From NCBI GenBank assembly GCA_040755855.1, contig JBFMAD010000008.1:32001-96000 (forward strand): 64,000 nucleotides of DNA, read 5' to 3'. The first letter of the stretch is position 1. Every line of letters begins with the position of its first letter. The translations under genes were made by a program, and so were the position numbers. Under the pieces are notes generated by a model, which saw only the letters and a list, made by a program, of their open reading frames with translations, ran no database searches and had not been told where the DNA came from. Below are positions 55,168-64,000 of the stretch, piece by piece. This DNA comes from Planctomycetota bacterium. Its GTDB lineage: Bacteria > Planctomycetota > Brocadiia > JAADGH01.

Positions 55168-56664
55168 ATGAGCAAAACCAACCGACCGAATGTAGTCCTC
55201 TTCGTCACTGATCAATGGCGCGCCAAGGACACGGGCTACTGGGGCAACGCCGTCATCCAGAGCCCTTTCACCGATGAAATCGCCAGGGAAGGCGCGGGCT
55301 TCCGCAAGTGTTTCGTCCAGAACCCCGTCAGCACCACCAGCCGCGTCGCCATGGCCAGCGGGTGGTACTGCCATGTGAACGGCCACCGCACCATGCACCA
55401 CATGCTCCGCCCCCACGAGCCGAACATGCTCCGCTACTTCAAGAAGGCCGGCTACCACGTCTGGTGGGGCGGGAAGAACGACATGCTGGCGATGGAGACC
55501 TGGAACGACTCGTGCCACACCCGCACCACCGGGAAGCTGAAGTGCAAACCGACCAAGGCCGAACCGTGGAAGTTCGGCGACAGGCTCTATCACACCTTCC
55601 TCTGGGGCAGGGTGGAGGAGACCTATGGGCCATCGGCTGCAGACGACGCCGTGGCCGAAGAGGCCGCGGCGTTCATCCGCAGGCCGATTTCCGAGCCGTT
55701 TTTCATGCTGGTGAATCAGACCTTCCCCCATCCGCCCTACGCCGTGGCCGAACCGTACTTCAGCATGTACGATCGGTCGAAGGTCCCCTTCCCGATCAAG
55801 CAGACCGTGCCCTTCGAGGGGAAACCCATAATCCTCAAGAAGGTCCACGAGCGGATGCGCATGAACGAGGTCACCGACGACGAGCTGCGCGAGATTGTCG
55901 CCGTCTACTACGGCATGTGCACGAAGACCGACCGGAACCTCGGCTGGGTCCTCGATGCGCTGAAGGAATCGGGCAAGTGGGACAACACGGTCGTCGTGGT
56001 CACATCCGACCACGGCGATTTCGCCGGCGACTACCAATCCACCGAAAAGATGCAGAACACCTTCGAGGACTGCCTGACAAACGTGCCGTTCTGCATCCGC
56101 GCGCCGGGGTGCAAGCCCCTGCCCAAGCCGACGGACGCGCTGATCGAGATGATTGATCTCCTGCCGACTCTCTGCGAGGTGTGCGGCATCGAGCTGATGC
56201 ACACGCAGTTCGGACGCTCGCTCATGCCGGTCATTCGGGGCGAGAAGGATGAGCACCGCGAGTACGTCTTCAGCGAGGGCGGCGCGCTGAACACCGAAGT
56301 TCACACCCACGAGACGGACCGGCCCAAGGAGAACATCTACTGGTCGCGCCCGGCGCTCCAGGTCACCGATCCGGACACGCACGGCAAGGCGGTGATGATC
56401 CGCTCGCGCAAGTGGAAATACGTCCGGCGGCTCTACGACACCGACGAGCTTTACGACATGGAGAACGACCCCGACGAGACGAAGAACCTGATCAACGATC
56501 CATCGAAGAAGGATGTCATCAACGAACTCGTCGCCGCGATGTGCACCTGGTTCATCGAGACGGGCGACGCCGTGCCAATCCGCTGGGACCTTCGGGGCGC
56601 GCACGAGCCGCACCCGCCCTGGTCGCAGAAGGCGCTCGACAATCCGCCGGCGATGGTTCCGTGA
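55168..56664 (+). CDS. sulfatase-like hydrolase with an atypical signature
   Basis: PNVVLFVTDQWR, PVSTTSR, GKND, PHPPY, TSDHGD and ELYD...DP.E motifs. Confidence 0.85.
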   Translation: MSKTNRPNVVLFVTDQWRAKDTGYWGNAVIQSPFTDEIAREGAGFRKCFVQNPVSTTSRVAMASGWYCHVNGHRTMHHMLRPHEPNMLRYFKKAGYHVWWGGKNDMLAMETWNDSCHTRTTGKLKCKPTKAEPWKFGDRLYHTFLWGRVEETYGPSAADDAVAEEAAAFIRRPISEPFFMLVNQTFPHPPYAVAEPYFSMYDRSKVPFPIKQTVPFEGKPIILKKVHERMRMNEVTDDELREIVAVYYGMCTKTDRNLGWVLDALKESGKWDNTVVVVTSDHGDFAGDYQSTEKMQNTFEDCLTNVPFCIRAPGCKPLPKPTDALIEMIDLLPTLCEVCGIELMHTQFGRSLMPVIRGEKDEHREYVFSEGGALNTEVHTHETDRPKENIYWSRPALQVTDPDTHGKAVMIRSRKWKYVRRLYDTDELYDMENDPDETKNLINDPSKKDVINELVAAMCTWFIETGDAVPIRWDLRGAHEPHPPWSQKALDNPPAMVP

Positions 56665-56675
56665 AAATGCGGGGA

Positions 56676-56793
56676 AATATCGAATATCGAACAAGGAATG
56701 TCGAATGTTGAAGGAAGATCTGAACCGGCGAACGGACGGCTTGGCCTTGTCTTCACTTCGATATTCGATATTCCTTGTTCGACATTCAATATT
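56676..56793. repeat. inverted heptamer-array element between convergent genes
   Basis: 38-bp arms at 56676-56713 and 56756-56793, 33/38 complementary, built of AATATCG-like units. Confidence 0.85.
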
Positions 56794-57802
56794 CTCTTAT
56801 CCGGTCCCACACGTCGTCAATCCCAACCGCCTCAAGGCATCGCCGATTCTTGCAAGCCAGCCGCTCCTCGCGTGAGCACGGCGCGCAGGGCGCTTGGCCG
56901 CGGATAATCGTTACGCTTTCTCCTCGCGGGCCCCAGACGTCGGGGTCGGTCGGGCCGAAGATGGCGATCGTCGGAGTTCCCACTGCGGCGGCGATGTGCG
57001 TGATGCCCGAGTCATTGCCGAGGTAGGCGCGGCACTTCGACAGGATCGCCGCAAGGATCGGCAGCGAGAAGTTGTTCGCAATAGCGAATGTCCCCCTTGT
57101 CGCCTTCACGACCTCCTCATCCGCCGGGCCGCACGTCAGCAGGACTTGGCATTCCGTATGCGTTGTGATTCGTTCGATGATCTCGTTGAACCGGTCCGCC
57201 GGCCAGTTCTTCGTCCGGCCGCCGCTGCCGGGATGGACGGCGATGGTCTTCGCCGGATCAAGACGGCGCTCTGCCAAGAACGCATCGGCCCCGGCAAGGT
57301 CTTCCTGGCCGGGGAAGAGTCTCGGAGACGGGTTGTGCTCGTGAATCTCGATCTTCCCAAGGACCTCGCATAGATGATCCACCGCATGCCGCTTCGGCTC
57401 TGGCGGAGGCATCGGATCGTGAACGACGATCTTCGCCGGACAGAATCGTGCAAGGTTCCCCGCCAACATGCCCTCCGGGTCCCGCCAGAACGCAACGATG
57501 AGATCGAACGCTTTGAGTTCCTTGATCGGATTGCGTGCGTGTGCCACGCTCAAACTCGTTTGAGCGTGCTCTTGGGCGGGAGCGAATAGCGTTGCGAAGC
57601 CGGCGTCCTCCAGGTTCCGCGCCGAATCCGCATACCCCCTCCCCACGGCCAGGTCGCTGATGTGCGGATGGCCGAGCAGCCGGATGTGGGCGGAGGGGAA
57701 GGCCCGCCGGATGGCGCCGATGGCGGGGAGCGTGAGAACAAAATCCCCGATCGCCCCGCCACGCATAACCAGGATTTGTCTGAAGACGCTCATAGCCCCC
57801 AT
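56786..57802 (-). CDS. glycosyltransferase family 9 (LPS heptosyltransferase-like)
   Basis: GGAIGDFVL, HPGSG..TKNW, GNDSG.THIAAA and IFGPT.P..W.P motifs. Confidence 0.92.
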   Translation of the reverse strand: MGAMSVFRQILVMRGGAIGDFVLTLPAIGAIRRAFPSAHIRLLGHPHISDLAVGRGYADSARNLEDAGFATLFAPAQEHAQTSLSVAHARNPIKELKAFDLIVAFWRDPEGMLAGNLARFCPAKIVVHDPMPPPEPKRHAVDHLCEVLGKIEIHEHNPSPRLFPGQEDLAGADAFLAERRLDPAKTIAVHPGSGGRTKNWPADRFNEIIERITTHTECQVLLTCGPADEEVVKATRGTFAIANNFSLPILAAILSKCRAYLGNDSGITHIAAAVGTPTIAIFGPTDPDVWGPRGESVTIIRGQAPCAPCSREERLACKNRRCLEAVGIDDVWDRIREY

Positions 57803-57923
57803 GATAACTCGAAGACCTCAAGATCACAAGGACTCGGCATTGACTTGACGGCCCGGTGTATGATAGGAAAAGAGAATGGAGCAAAAGCAACGGCCTTTCA
57901 ACCACGCGGAAAGGAGGAGTAGC

Positions 57924-58666
57924 ATGAGAAAAATCACGATGGGTATTGCCCTATTGGGCCTCGTGGCGATGATCGCCATTGACTCTATGGCGGCCAAGAA
58001 ACGAACCCCGCCCAAGGACATCCCGACGATCATGGCCGAGCGTGGGCAGCTCCTGGTTCAGGAGGAATTCGAGGGCCAGGCCCTGCCCGAGCAATGGAAA
58101 AGCGCGGTGGGCAAATGGGAGATCGAGGACGGCGCGCTGAAGGGCACGGAGCAGGCGGCCGACGAGCACGCCGCCGTCAGCCGCATCGAGGTGGATTGCA
58201 CGGACGTGATCGTCCAGTTCTCGTTCATGTATAAGGGCGCGAAGGGATGGAGCCTCTCCTTCAACAACAAGGACGGGCATGTCTGCCGGGCAAGTTTCAA
58301 CCCGAACGGGTTCAGCGTCAACAAGGACCGGCCGAATAAGGAGAGCGCGGAACAAGGCGCAACCATTGATACGGTAAAGTTCGAGTTCAAGGAGGGGGAA
58401 TGGTACGACATCTGTGTGGAGATCCTCGGCAAGGGCATGGTCGCCTCCATTGGCGGGGACAAGAAGATGATGTTTGTCGCCTTCGGAGAGAACGACGGCG
58501 TCGCCAAGCCGAAGACAAATTTTGGGTTCACCGTCACTCCTGTGGATCAATCGGTCTATTACGACGATGTTCGCGTCTGGAAGGCGGAACCCAACAAGAA
58601 GTGGGACAAGACGAAAAAAAACTTGAACAGATCAAGGCCGTCATGGAGAAGAAGGGTCTGCGCTGA
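57924..58666 (+). CDS. secreted ConA-like/DUF1080-like protein; probable frameshift at A8 (58614-58621). The unshifted ORF runs to 58739.
   Basis: AGGAGG SD; signal peptide; RGQLLVQEEF, GKWEIEDG and YDDVRVW motifs; the -1 frame gives ...KKKLEQIKAVMEKKGLR* ending at 58666. Confidence 0.65.
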
Positions 58667-58672
58667 AGTACG

Positions 58673-58740
58673 GTCATTCCCGCGAAAGCGGGAATCCAGG
58701 CCCTCGACCTCTCGTGGATTCCCGCGTACGCGGGAATGAC
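58673..58740. repeat. GTCAT...ATGAC palindromic element, variant 3 (ATTCCC-N8-GGGAAT arms)
   Basis: GTCATTCCCGCGAAAGCGGGAATCCA...TGGATTCCCGCGTACGCGGGAATGAC. Confidence 0.85.
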
Positions 58741-58813
58741 GAATGGACCCTTGGGCCCAAAAACGTATGCTACCACGCTTGGCTTAATGGTTACGCGCTG
58801 AGAAGGTGACCCA

Positions 58814-59875
58814 ATGAAATTCGCAATGACGAAAAAAGAATTTCTGCCCCTGCTGAAGAAATTTCTCCTCACCCATGCGCCGGGGGGCCAGGAGGAGGAG
58901 ATGGATGAGGCCGTAAAGCCCGAATTGGAAAGGCTTTGCGACGAGGTATGGAAGGACGATTTCGGCAACATCGTCGGCTTTGTGAAGGGCGGCAAGGACG
59001 CGCCTCTGGCCGTGACGGCCCACAAGGACGAGGTTGCCATGATTGTGAAGCGGATCGAGGACGACGGCCGGCTGCGCGTGGAGAATATGGGCGGGGCATA
59101 CCCATGGAAGTACGGCGAGGGTCCGATGCATGTGCTTGGGAGACGCAAGATGATTGACGCCGTGCTGTCGGTCGGCTGCGCTCACACCTCGGCCGAGACG
59201 AGCGCGATGCAGCAGGCGCGCTCGGCCCCGCTCCCGTGGGAGGCGCTGCGAATTGACGCAAAAATGAAAAAGGCGGATTTGGAGAAGGCGGGGGTCGGCC
59301 CCGGGACGAGGGTGGTCGTGCATCGGTCGCGCAAGGAACCGATGCAAATCGGCGACTGCATCTGCGGCTGGGGCCTCGACGACAAGGGCGCCGTGGCGAT
59401 CCTGATCGCGGCGCTGCATGAGTTCAGGAAGCGCGGCCTCAAACCGAACGGCGACGTCTACTTCGGCGCAACGGCCTACGAGGAGGGCGGCGCGGCGGCA
59501 GGATCGTACCTCGCCCGCGAGCTGAAGATCGCCACCCTCATCGCGTTGGAGATCGGTCCTGCGGAAAAGGAGTACGACACAAGCAACTGCGAGAAGCCGA
59601 TAGTTCTCTACCGGGACTCGGGGCATCTCTACGACAGGGACCTGGCCGACGAGCTGTGCGACATCGCCGGGGACCTGGGCTTCCGCGCGCAGCCGGCCAC
59701 GGTGACCAGCTTCGGGAGCGAGGCGTCGTACGCCAAGAAATACGGCCAGGTCGGGCGGGCCGGCTGCATCGGCTTCCCGGTTCAGAACTCGCACGGCTAC
59801 GAGATGGCCCACGTTGACGGCATGATCAACAGCGCGCGGCTCTTGGCCGAGTATCTGGTCAGACATTCATCGTAA
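58814..59875 (+). CDS. M42-family metallopeptidase
   Basis: PGGQE, D.FGN, AHKDE, LDDK, EEGG and N.HGYE..H motifs. Confidence 0.85.
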   Translation: MKFAMTKKEFLPLLKKFLLTHAPGGQEEEMDEAVKPELERLCDEVWKDDFGNIVGFVKGGKDAPLAVTAHKDEVAMIVKRIEDDGRLRVENMGGAYPWKYGEGPMHVLGRRKMIDAVLSVGCAHTSAETSAMQQARSAPLPWEALRIDAKMKKADLEKAGVGPGTRVVVHRSRKEPMQIGDCICGWGLDDKGAVAILIAALHEFRKRGLKPNGDVYFGATAYEEGGAAAGSYLARELKIATLIALEIGPAEKEYDTSNCEKPIVLYRDSGHLYDRDLADELCDIAGDLGFRAQPATVTSFGSEASYAKKYGQVGRAGCIGFPVQNSHGYEMAHVDGMINSARLLAEYLVRHSS

Positions 59876-59901
59876 TCGCTCTCTGCGGTGAGGAGAAACC
59901 C

Positions 59902-61137
59902 ATGGCGAAACTGGCGATCAACGGCGGCCCGAAGGCGGCCGAGGCGCTCAATGTTCCTGCGTGGCCGATGGTCACGAAGCGCGACGAGGAGGCCGTCCTC
60001 GAAGCTGTCCGGAGCGGAAAATGGTGCCGCATCTATCCCGGTTCGCGGGTGGAGAAATTTGAAAAGGCCTACGCCGAGTTTCACGACGCCAAGCACGCCA
60101 TTGCTGTGTCGAACGGGACGGTCGCCATCGAGCTGGCGCTGCTCACCGCCGGCGTGCGGCCGGGCGATCACGTCATGGTCCCGGCCGTCACGTTTATCGC
60201 CAGCGCCAGCGCGATTGTGCGCGTCGGCGCCGCGCCGATCTTTGTTGATTCAGACCCGGATACGGCGCAGATCAACCCGAAGGCCGTCAAGGCGGCGATC
60301 ACCCCGAGGACGAAGGCCATAGTCGGCGTGCACTACGGGGGCTATCCGATTGATTTTGATGCGATTCTTCCCATTTGCGAAAAACGCGGGATAGCGCTCA
60401 TCGAAGACTGCGCCCACGCCCAGGGCACGGAATGGAAGGAGCGCAAGGTCGGAGCGATCGGCAGACTGGGGAGCTTCTCGTTTCAGGCGAGCAAGGCGCT
60501 CTCGGGCGGGGAGGGCGGCGTCGTACTCACCGACGACGCCGAGCTGGCCGAGAAGGCGCGGCTGCTCCACAACATCGGGCGGGTGGTCGGAAAGCCGGGG
60601 TACGAGCACTACGTCAACGCGAGCAACTACCGGATGAGCGAGCTGCACGGCGCGCTCCTGCTCTCGCAGTTGGAGCGGCTGCCCGAACAGACGAACCACA
60701 AGCACGAGCAGGGCGAGTTCCTTGCGAGGGAGCTCGCCAAGATCGGCGGCGTTGATCCGATGAAGCGCGACAAGCGCATCACCAGGCGCGGATACTACTT
60801 CTTCATCCTCAAGTACGACGCCAGGCAGTTCAAGGAACTGCCGCGCAACAAGTTCATCGCGGCGCTCAACGCCGAAGGGGTCCCGTGCCATGCGGCCTAT
60901 ATGATGCCGCTCTACAAGCAGCCCGCGTTTGTGACCGATAACGTGCGGCCGTTCCTGTCGAAAGACTGCGAGCCGTTGCCGGAGTTCGAGAAGCTGAATC
61001 TGCCCGTGGCCGAGAAATTCTGCGCCGAGCAGCAGGTGACCATTCCTCACCCGGTCCTTCTCGCCGACCGTCGCGGCATCCAGTCGGTCATTGACGCCGT
61101 GGCGAAGATCAAAGAGAACGTGGATGAGTTGAGATAG
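59902..61137 (+). CDS. DegT/DnrJ/EryC1/StrS PLP-dependent aminotransferase
   Basis: LAINGG..., NGTVA, EDCAHA, SFSFQASK and NYRMSE motifs. Confidence 0.92.
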   Translation: MAKLAINGGPKAAEALNVPAWPMVTKRDEEAVLEAVRSGKWCRIYPGSRVEKFEKAYAEFHDAKHAIAVSNGTVAIELALLTAGVRPGDHVMVPAVTFIASASAIVRVGAAPIFVDSDPDTAQINPKAVKAAITPRTKAIVGVHYGGYPIDFDAILPICEKRGIALIEDCAHAQGTEWKERKVGAIGRLGSFSFQASKALSGGEGGVVLTDDAELAEKARLLHNIGRVVGKPGYEHYVNASNYRMSELHGALLLSQLERLPEQTNHKHEQGEFLARELAKIGGVDPMKRDKRITRRGYYFFILKYDARQFKELPRNKFIAALNAEGVPCHAAYMMPLYKQPAFVTDNVRPFLSKDCEPLPEFEKLNLPVAEKFCAEQQVTIPHPVLLADRRGIQSVIDAVAKIKENVDELR

Positions 61138-61142
61138 GCGTC

Positions 61143-62495
61143 ATGCGCATCCTGCTTGTCTCCACCAACCGATGCCGCGCAATCACCCATCCTATGCCTA
61201 TCGGGATGCTGGTGGTGGCGGAGCGCATCGCCCGGAGCGGCCACGAGGTGGAGCTCCTCGATCTCATGTTCGCCGACGATCCTGTCGCCGAGGCGAGAGC
61301 GATAGTTCGGAAATTCCGGCCCGAACTCGTTGGCATATCGGTCCGAAACATTGACAATCAGGATGCGCGCAGCACGGCGGCATATCTTCCCGAACTGAAG
61401 CAGATCGTTGAGGTGATAAAAAGCGAGACCGACGCAAAGGTCGTCCTCGGCGGCACGGCCTTCAGCACCCTGCCCCGGGAGACGCTCGAATACGCGGGGG
61501 CCGACCTCGGCATTGTCGGCGAGGCCGAGGCGCAGTTCGCCGAACTCGCCGATCGCATTGCGGCTGGCCAGACTCATGACGACCTTCCCGGCCTGGTCCA
61601 TCGCAAGGACGGCGAGATCGTCGTCAACGACTGGACCTTCCCCGATCTGACGGACTTCACCGACCCGCACCTCGACGCCGTGGACTTTGCGCGATATATG
61701 GCCTTCGGCTCGACGGCGGCGGTGGTGAAGAAGCTCGGCTGCCCATTCCGATGCAGCTACTGCGACGGGAGATATCGCATGGGGGCAAAGGCGCGGCTGC
61801 GTCCGCCACAGAAGATCGTGGACGACCTTGTGATGGTCCAGGAGCGTCACGGCATCCGCGACGTCTTCATCATTGACCCGCATTTCAACGTCCCGCTCGC
61901 CCACGCGAAGGCCCTCTGCCGGGAAATCCTGCGGCGGAACGTCCGCGCCAGATGGCAGGGCACGCTACGGCCGGGCCGGCAGGTTGACGGGGAGCTGCTG
62001 CACCTCATGAAACGGGCCGGATGCCAGTTCGCCATAGTGAGTCCGGACTCCTGCTCCGAGAGGATGCTGAAGGAGTACAACAAATTATTCACAAAAGCGG
62101 AAGTTTACGAGACCTGCCGCCGCTTGCAGTCGGCGCGCCTGCCGTACATCATGTTCATCCTCTTCGGCGGTCCGGGAGAGACGCGCGAGACGGTGGAGGA
62201 AACGATGTCGTTCGTCCGGACGGTGAAGCCGAAGTTCGTTGACTTCGCCGTCGGCATCCGCATCATGCCGGACACGCCTCTCGCCGAGCGGGCCGTCAGG
62301 GAAGGAATCATCACGAGCCAGTCCGACCTCATCGAGCCGACATTCTATATCTCCCCCGCCATTGACGACTGGATAGACGACCGCATCCGCAGGGAATGGC
62401 GCCGCCATCCCGAATGGATCGCCAACGCCCTCCTCATGAAAGCGAAGCAGTGGGTGAAACGGCTGCGGTGGAGATTCCACGCGCATCGAGGCTGA
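61143..62495 (+). CDS. B12-binding radical SAM protein
   Basis: N-terminal B12 domain (GISVRNIDN, VLGG..FS); GCPFRCSYC; FGGPGET; PTFYIS. Confidence 0.9.
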   Translation: MRILLVSTNRCRAITHPMPIGMLVVAERIARSGHEVELLDLMFADDPVAEARAIVRKFRPELVGISVRNIDNQDARSTAAYLPELKQIVEVIKSETDAKVVLGGTAFSTLPRETLEYAGADLGIVGEAEAQFAELADRIAAGQTHDDLPGLVHRKDGEIVVNDWTFPDLTDFTDPHLDAVDFARYMAFGSTAAVVKKLGCPFRCSYCDGRYRMGAKARLRPPQKIVDDLVMVQERHGIRDVFIIDPHFNVPLAHAKALCREILRRNVRARWQGTLRPGRQVDGELLHLMKRAGCQFAIVSPDSCSERMLKEYNKLFTKAEVYETCRRLQSARLPYIMFILFGGPGETRETVEETMSFVRTVKPKFVDFAVGIRIMPDTPLAERAVREGIITSQSDLIEPTFYISPAIDDWIDDRIRREWRRHPEWIANALLMKAKQWVKRLRWRFHAHRG

Positions 62496-62515
62496 GGACG
62501 GGAATTTCACAAGGT

Positions 62516-63160
62516 CTACTTTTTCGGCAGCGGGTGGACCTCGTCCAGGGACTCGCGCAGCATCTTGGCCCACCGAAGAAGTGCGCCCTTGGTATGGCCG
62601 TAGTCGGACCAACCGCGAAAGGCGTCTTTCATGCTCCACCAGGACGCCTTCCGTGAGTCCACCACGGCGGCCAGTCGCGTGTTGGTCGTCGAGTCCAGGA
62701 ACTCGCATTCCATGCTTGCCCCGCCCAGGTCCACCGCCACAGGGAACATGGCGGCGGCGCTGACGAGGATGTTGACCTTCGAGCGCGTGGGGATGATGTC
62801 CGTGATCGCGGCGCGGATGCGGAGGACGTCCGGCCCGGCTTCTCCCGTGACGGGGTACTTGTCGGCCACAGCGTCCACGGCCGCCTGGCGAAAGTATTCC
62901 GCCAGCTTCTTCATTTCCGCGGGGTCAAGGTCACGCTCTTTGGCGTCCGGGTTGGGGTAGACCTCCGGGACGTCAATCCAGAGCTTGGTGTATCGGCGCC
63001 ACTCGACGTTGGGCTTTTCCCAATACAGGATGCTCGGTTCCTTGGGGTCGGGTTGCAGGGCGGAATAGTCGCCGAGAAAACCGGAGAACTTCGGCGGCTT
63101 GGAGGCGCAGCCCGCCATCAGCAAGAGGACGACCGCCATCGCCAGGCCGTTATACACCAT
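62516..63160 (-). CDS. DUF3313-family lipoprotein
   Basis: Lipobox LMAGC; SGFLGDYS.L, RIRAAITD and E.E..DS.T...LAA motifs. Confidence 0.8.
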   Translation of the reverse strand: MVYNGLAMAVVLLLMAGCASKPPKFSGFLGDYSALQPDPKEPSILYWEKPNVEWRRYTKLWIDVPEVYPNPDAKERDLDPAEMKKLAEYFRQAAVDAVADKYPVTGEAGPDVLRIRAAITDIIPTRSKVNILVSAAAMFPVAVDLGGASMECEFLDSTTNTRLAAVVDSRKASWWSMKDAFRGWSDYGHTKGALLRWAKMLRESLDEVHPLPKK

Positions 63161-63242
63161 TGATACCTCCTTTGTGCGGGCAAGTCTCACCTGTTCACAC
63201 ACGATTCCCTCCTTGTGATTATGATCCATCCTGCGAATCAAA

Positions 63243-63311
63243 AAGTGGCAGGTGGCAGGCGTCGGTTTGACGGCCATCACCTACCACCTAACACCTGCCA
63301 CCTCGCACCTA
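63243..63311. repeat. inverted heptamer arrays (AGGTGGC / CACCTnn) at the dapF stop
   Basis: AAGTGGC AGGTGGC ... CACCTAC CACCTAA CACCTGC CACCTCG CACCTA. Confidence 0.7.
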
Positions 63312-64000
63312 TTCCGGCCATTCGCCCTGGAAAACCTCCGTCGCCGGGCCGGTCATGTAGATGCGGTCGTTGTCGGACCAGTTCAGTTCCAGGTCGCCGC
63401 CGGGGAGGTGGGCCAGAATCTTGCGGCCCGTCTTCTCGTTCAGGGCGCACGCCACGCACGTCGCCGTCGCGCCTGTGCCGCAGGCGAGGGTGATGCCCGA
63501 CCCGCGCTCCCACGTGCGCATCTTTATCTCGGCCTTGCCGAGGACCTGGACGAAATGGACGTTGATTCGCTTCGGGAAGACCTTGTGGTTCTCGATCTTC
63601 GGGCCGACCTGCTCCAGATGAACCGCATCGACGTCATCCACGAAGATCATGCAGTGCGGATTGCCGACGTTCACGCAGGTGATCCGATAGGTCGCCCCGT
63701 CCACGACAAGCGGCTCGTCAACGACCCGGCCCTGGGGACCGGTCATGGGGATGTCCGCGCGGTTCAGCCGCGGGGCGCCCATGTCAACCGTCGCCTTCTC
63801 GACGCGATTGTTTTTCACAATCAGGTCAATCGTCTTCACGCCGGCAAGCGTCTCGACCTTCATGGGATTTTTTTTGGAGATGCCGCGCTCATAGGCGAAC
63901 TTGGCCACGCACCGGATGCCGTTGCCGCACATCTCCGCCTCCGACCCGTCGGCGTTGAGGATGCGCATCTTGCAGTCGGCCACATCCGACGGGCAGACCA
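63309..64000 (-). CDS. dapF: diaminopimelate epimerase (5' end outside the window)
   Basis: NADGSEAEMCGNG, VDMG.P, GNPH and ERGSG.TLACGTG motifs. Confidence 0.95.
   Translation of the reverse strand, partial: VCPSDVADCKMRILNADGSEAEMCGNGIRCVAKFAYERGISKKNPMKVETLAGVKTIDLIVKNNRVEKATVDMGAPRLNRADIPMTGPQGRVVDEPLVVDGATYRITCVNVGNPHCMIFVDDVDAVHLEQVGPKIENHKVFPKRINVHFVQVLGKAEIKMRTWERGSGITLACGTGATATCVACALNEKTGRKILAHLPGGDLELNWSDNDRIYMTGPATEVFQGEWPE

Noticed and set aside
1..64000. CRISPR array, integron attC array, retron/DGR reverse transcriptase, transposase
   Set aside because: I saw no regularly spaced direct repeats with spacers, and no cas, intI, RT or transposase motifs among the ORFs.

Overview
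GC-rich bacterial chromosomal segment. The gene content suggests a PVC/Planctomycetota-like organism (inference): prepilin and H-X9-DG-like proteins, sulfatases, sugar isomerases, Gfo/Idh/MocA enzymes, a Zn-ribbon/ankyrin membrane protein and an FHA-GAF-PP2C phosphatase. It holds about 53 CDSs. Housekeeping genes are yidC-mnmE-uppP, hom-apgM and a partial dapF; the rest are mostly carbohydrate/sulfate catabolic enzymes and signalling genes. I recognised no rRNA, tRNA, CRISPR array or transposase. Most notable observations: (1) a ~190-nt structured element present twice (about 4123-4310 and 54806-54992), with compensatory base changes in both a 24-25-bp outer stem and a 15-bp inner hairpin; (2) a ~9-kb minus-strand cluster (GT39/PMT-like transferase, pilin-like protein, HIRAN-like protein, ECF sigma, anti-sigma, three Spy/CpxP-like proteins, ICMT/PEMT-like protein) carrying two copies of a candidate ECF promoter, CGGGGATG-N16-CGTA; (3) a ~130-150-nt rod-like hairpin with a GAAA loop downstream of a sigma70-like promoter (33918-34071); (4) a HicB-like/HNH gene pair; (5) a probable frameshift at an A8 tract (58614-58621); (6) several REP-like palindrome families and heptamer arrays at gene ends. 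All family assignments come from motif recognition by eye, not database searches.
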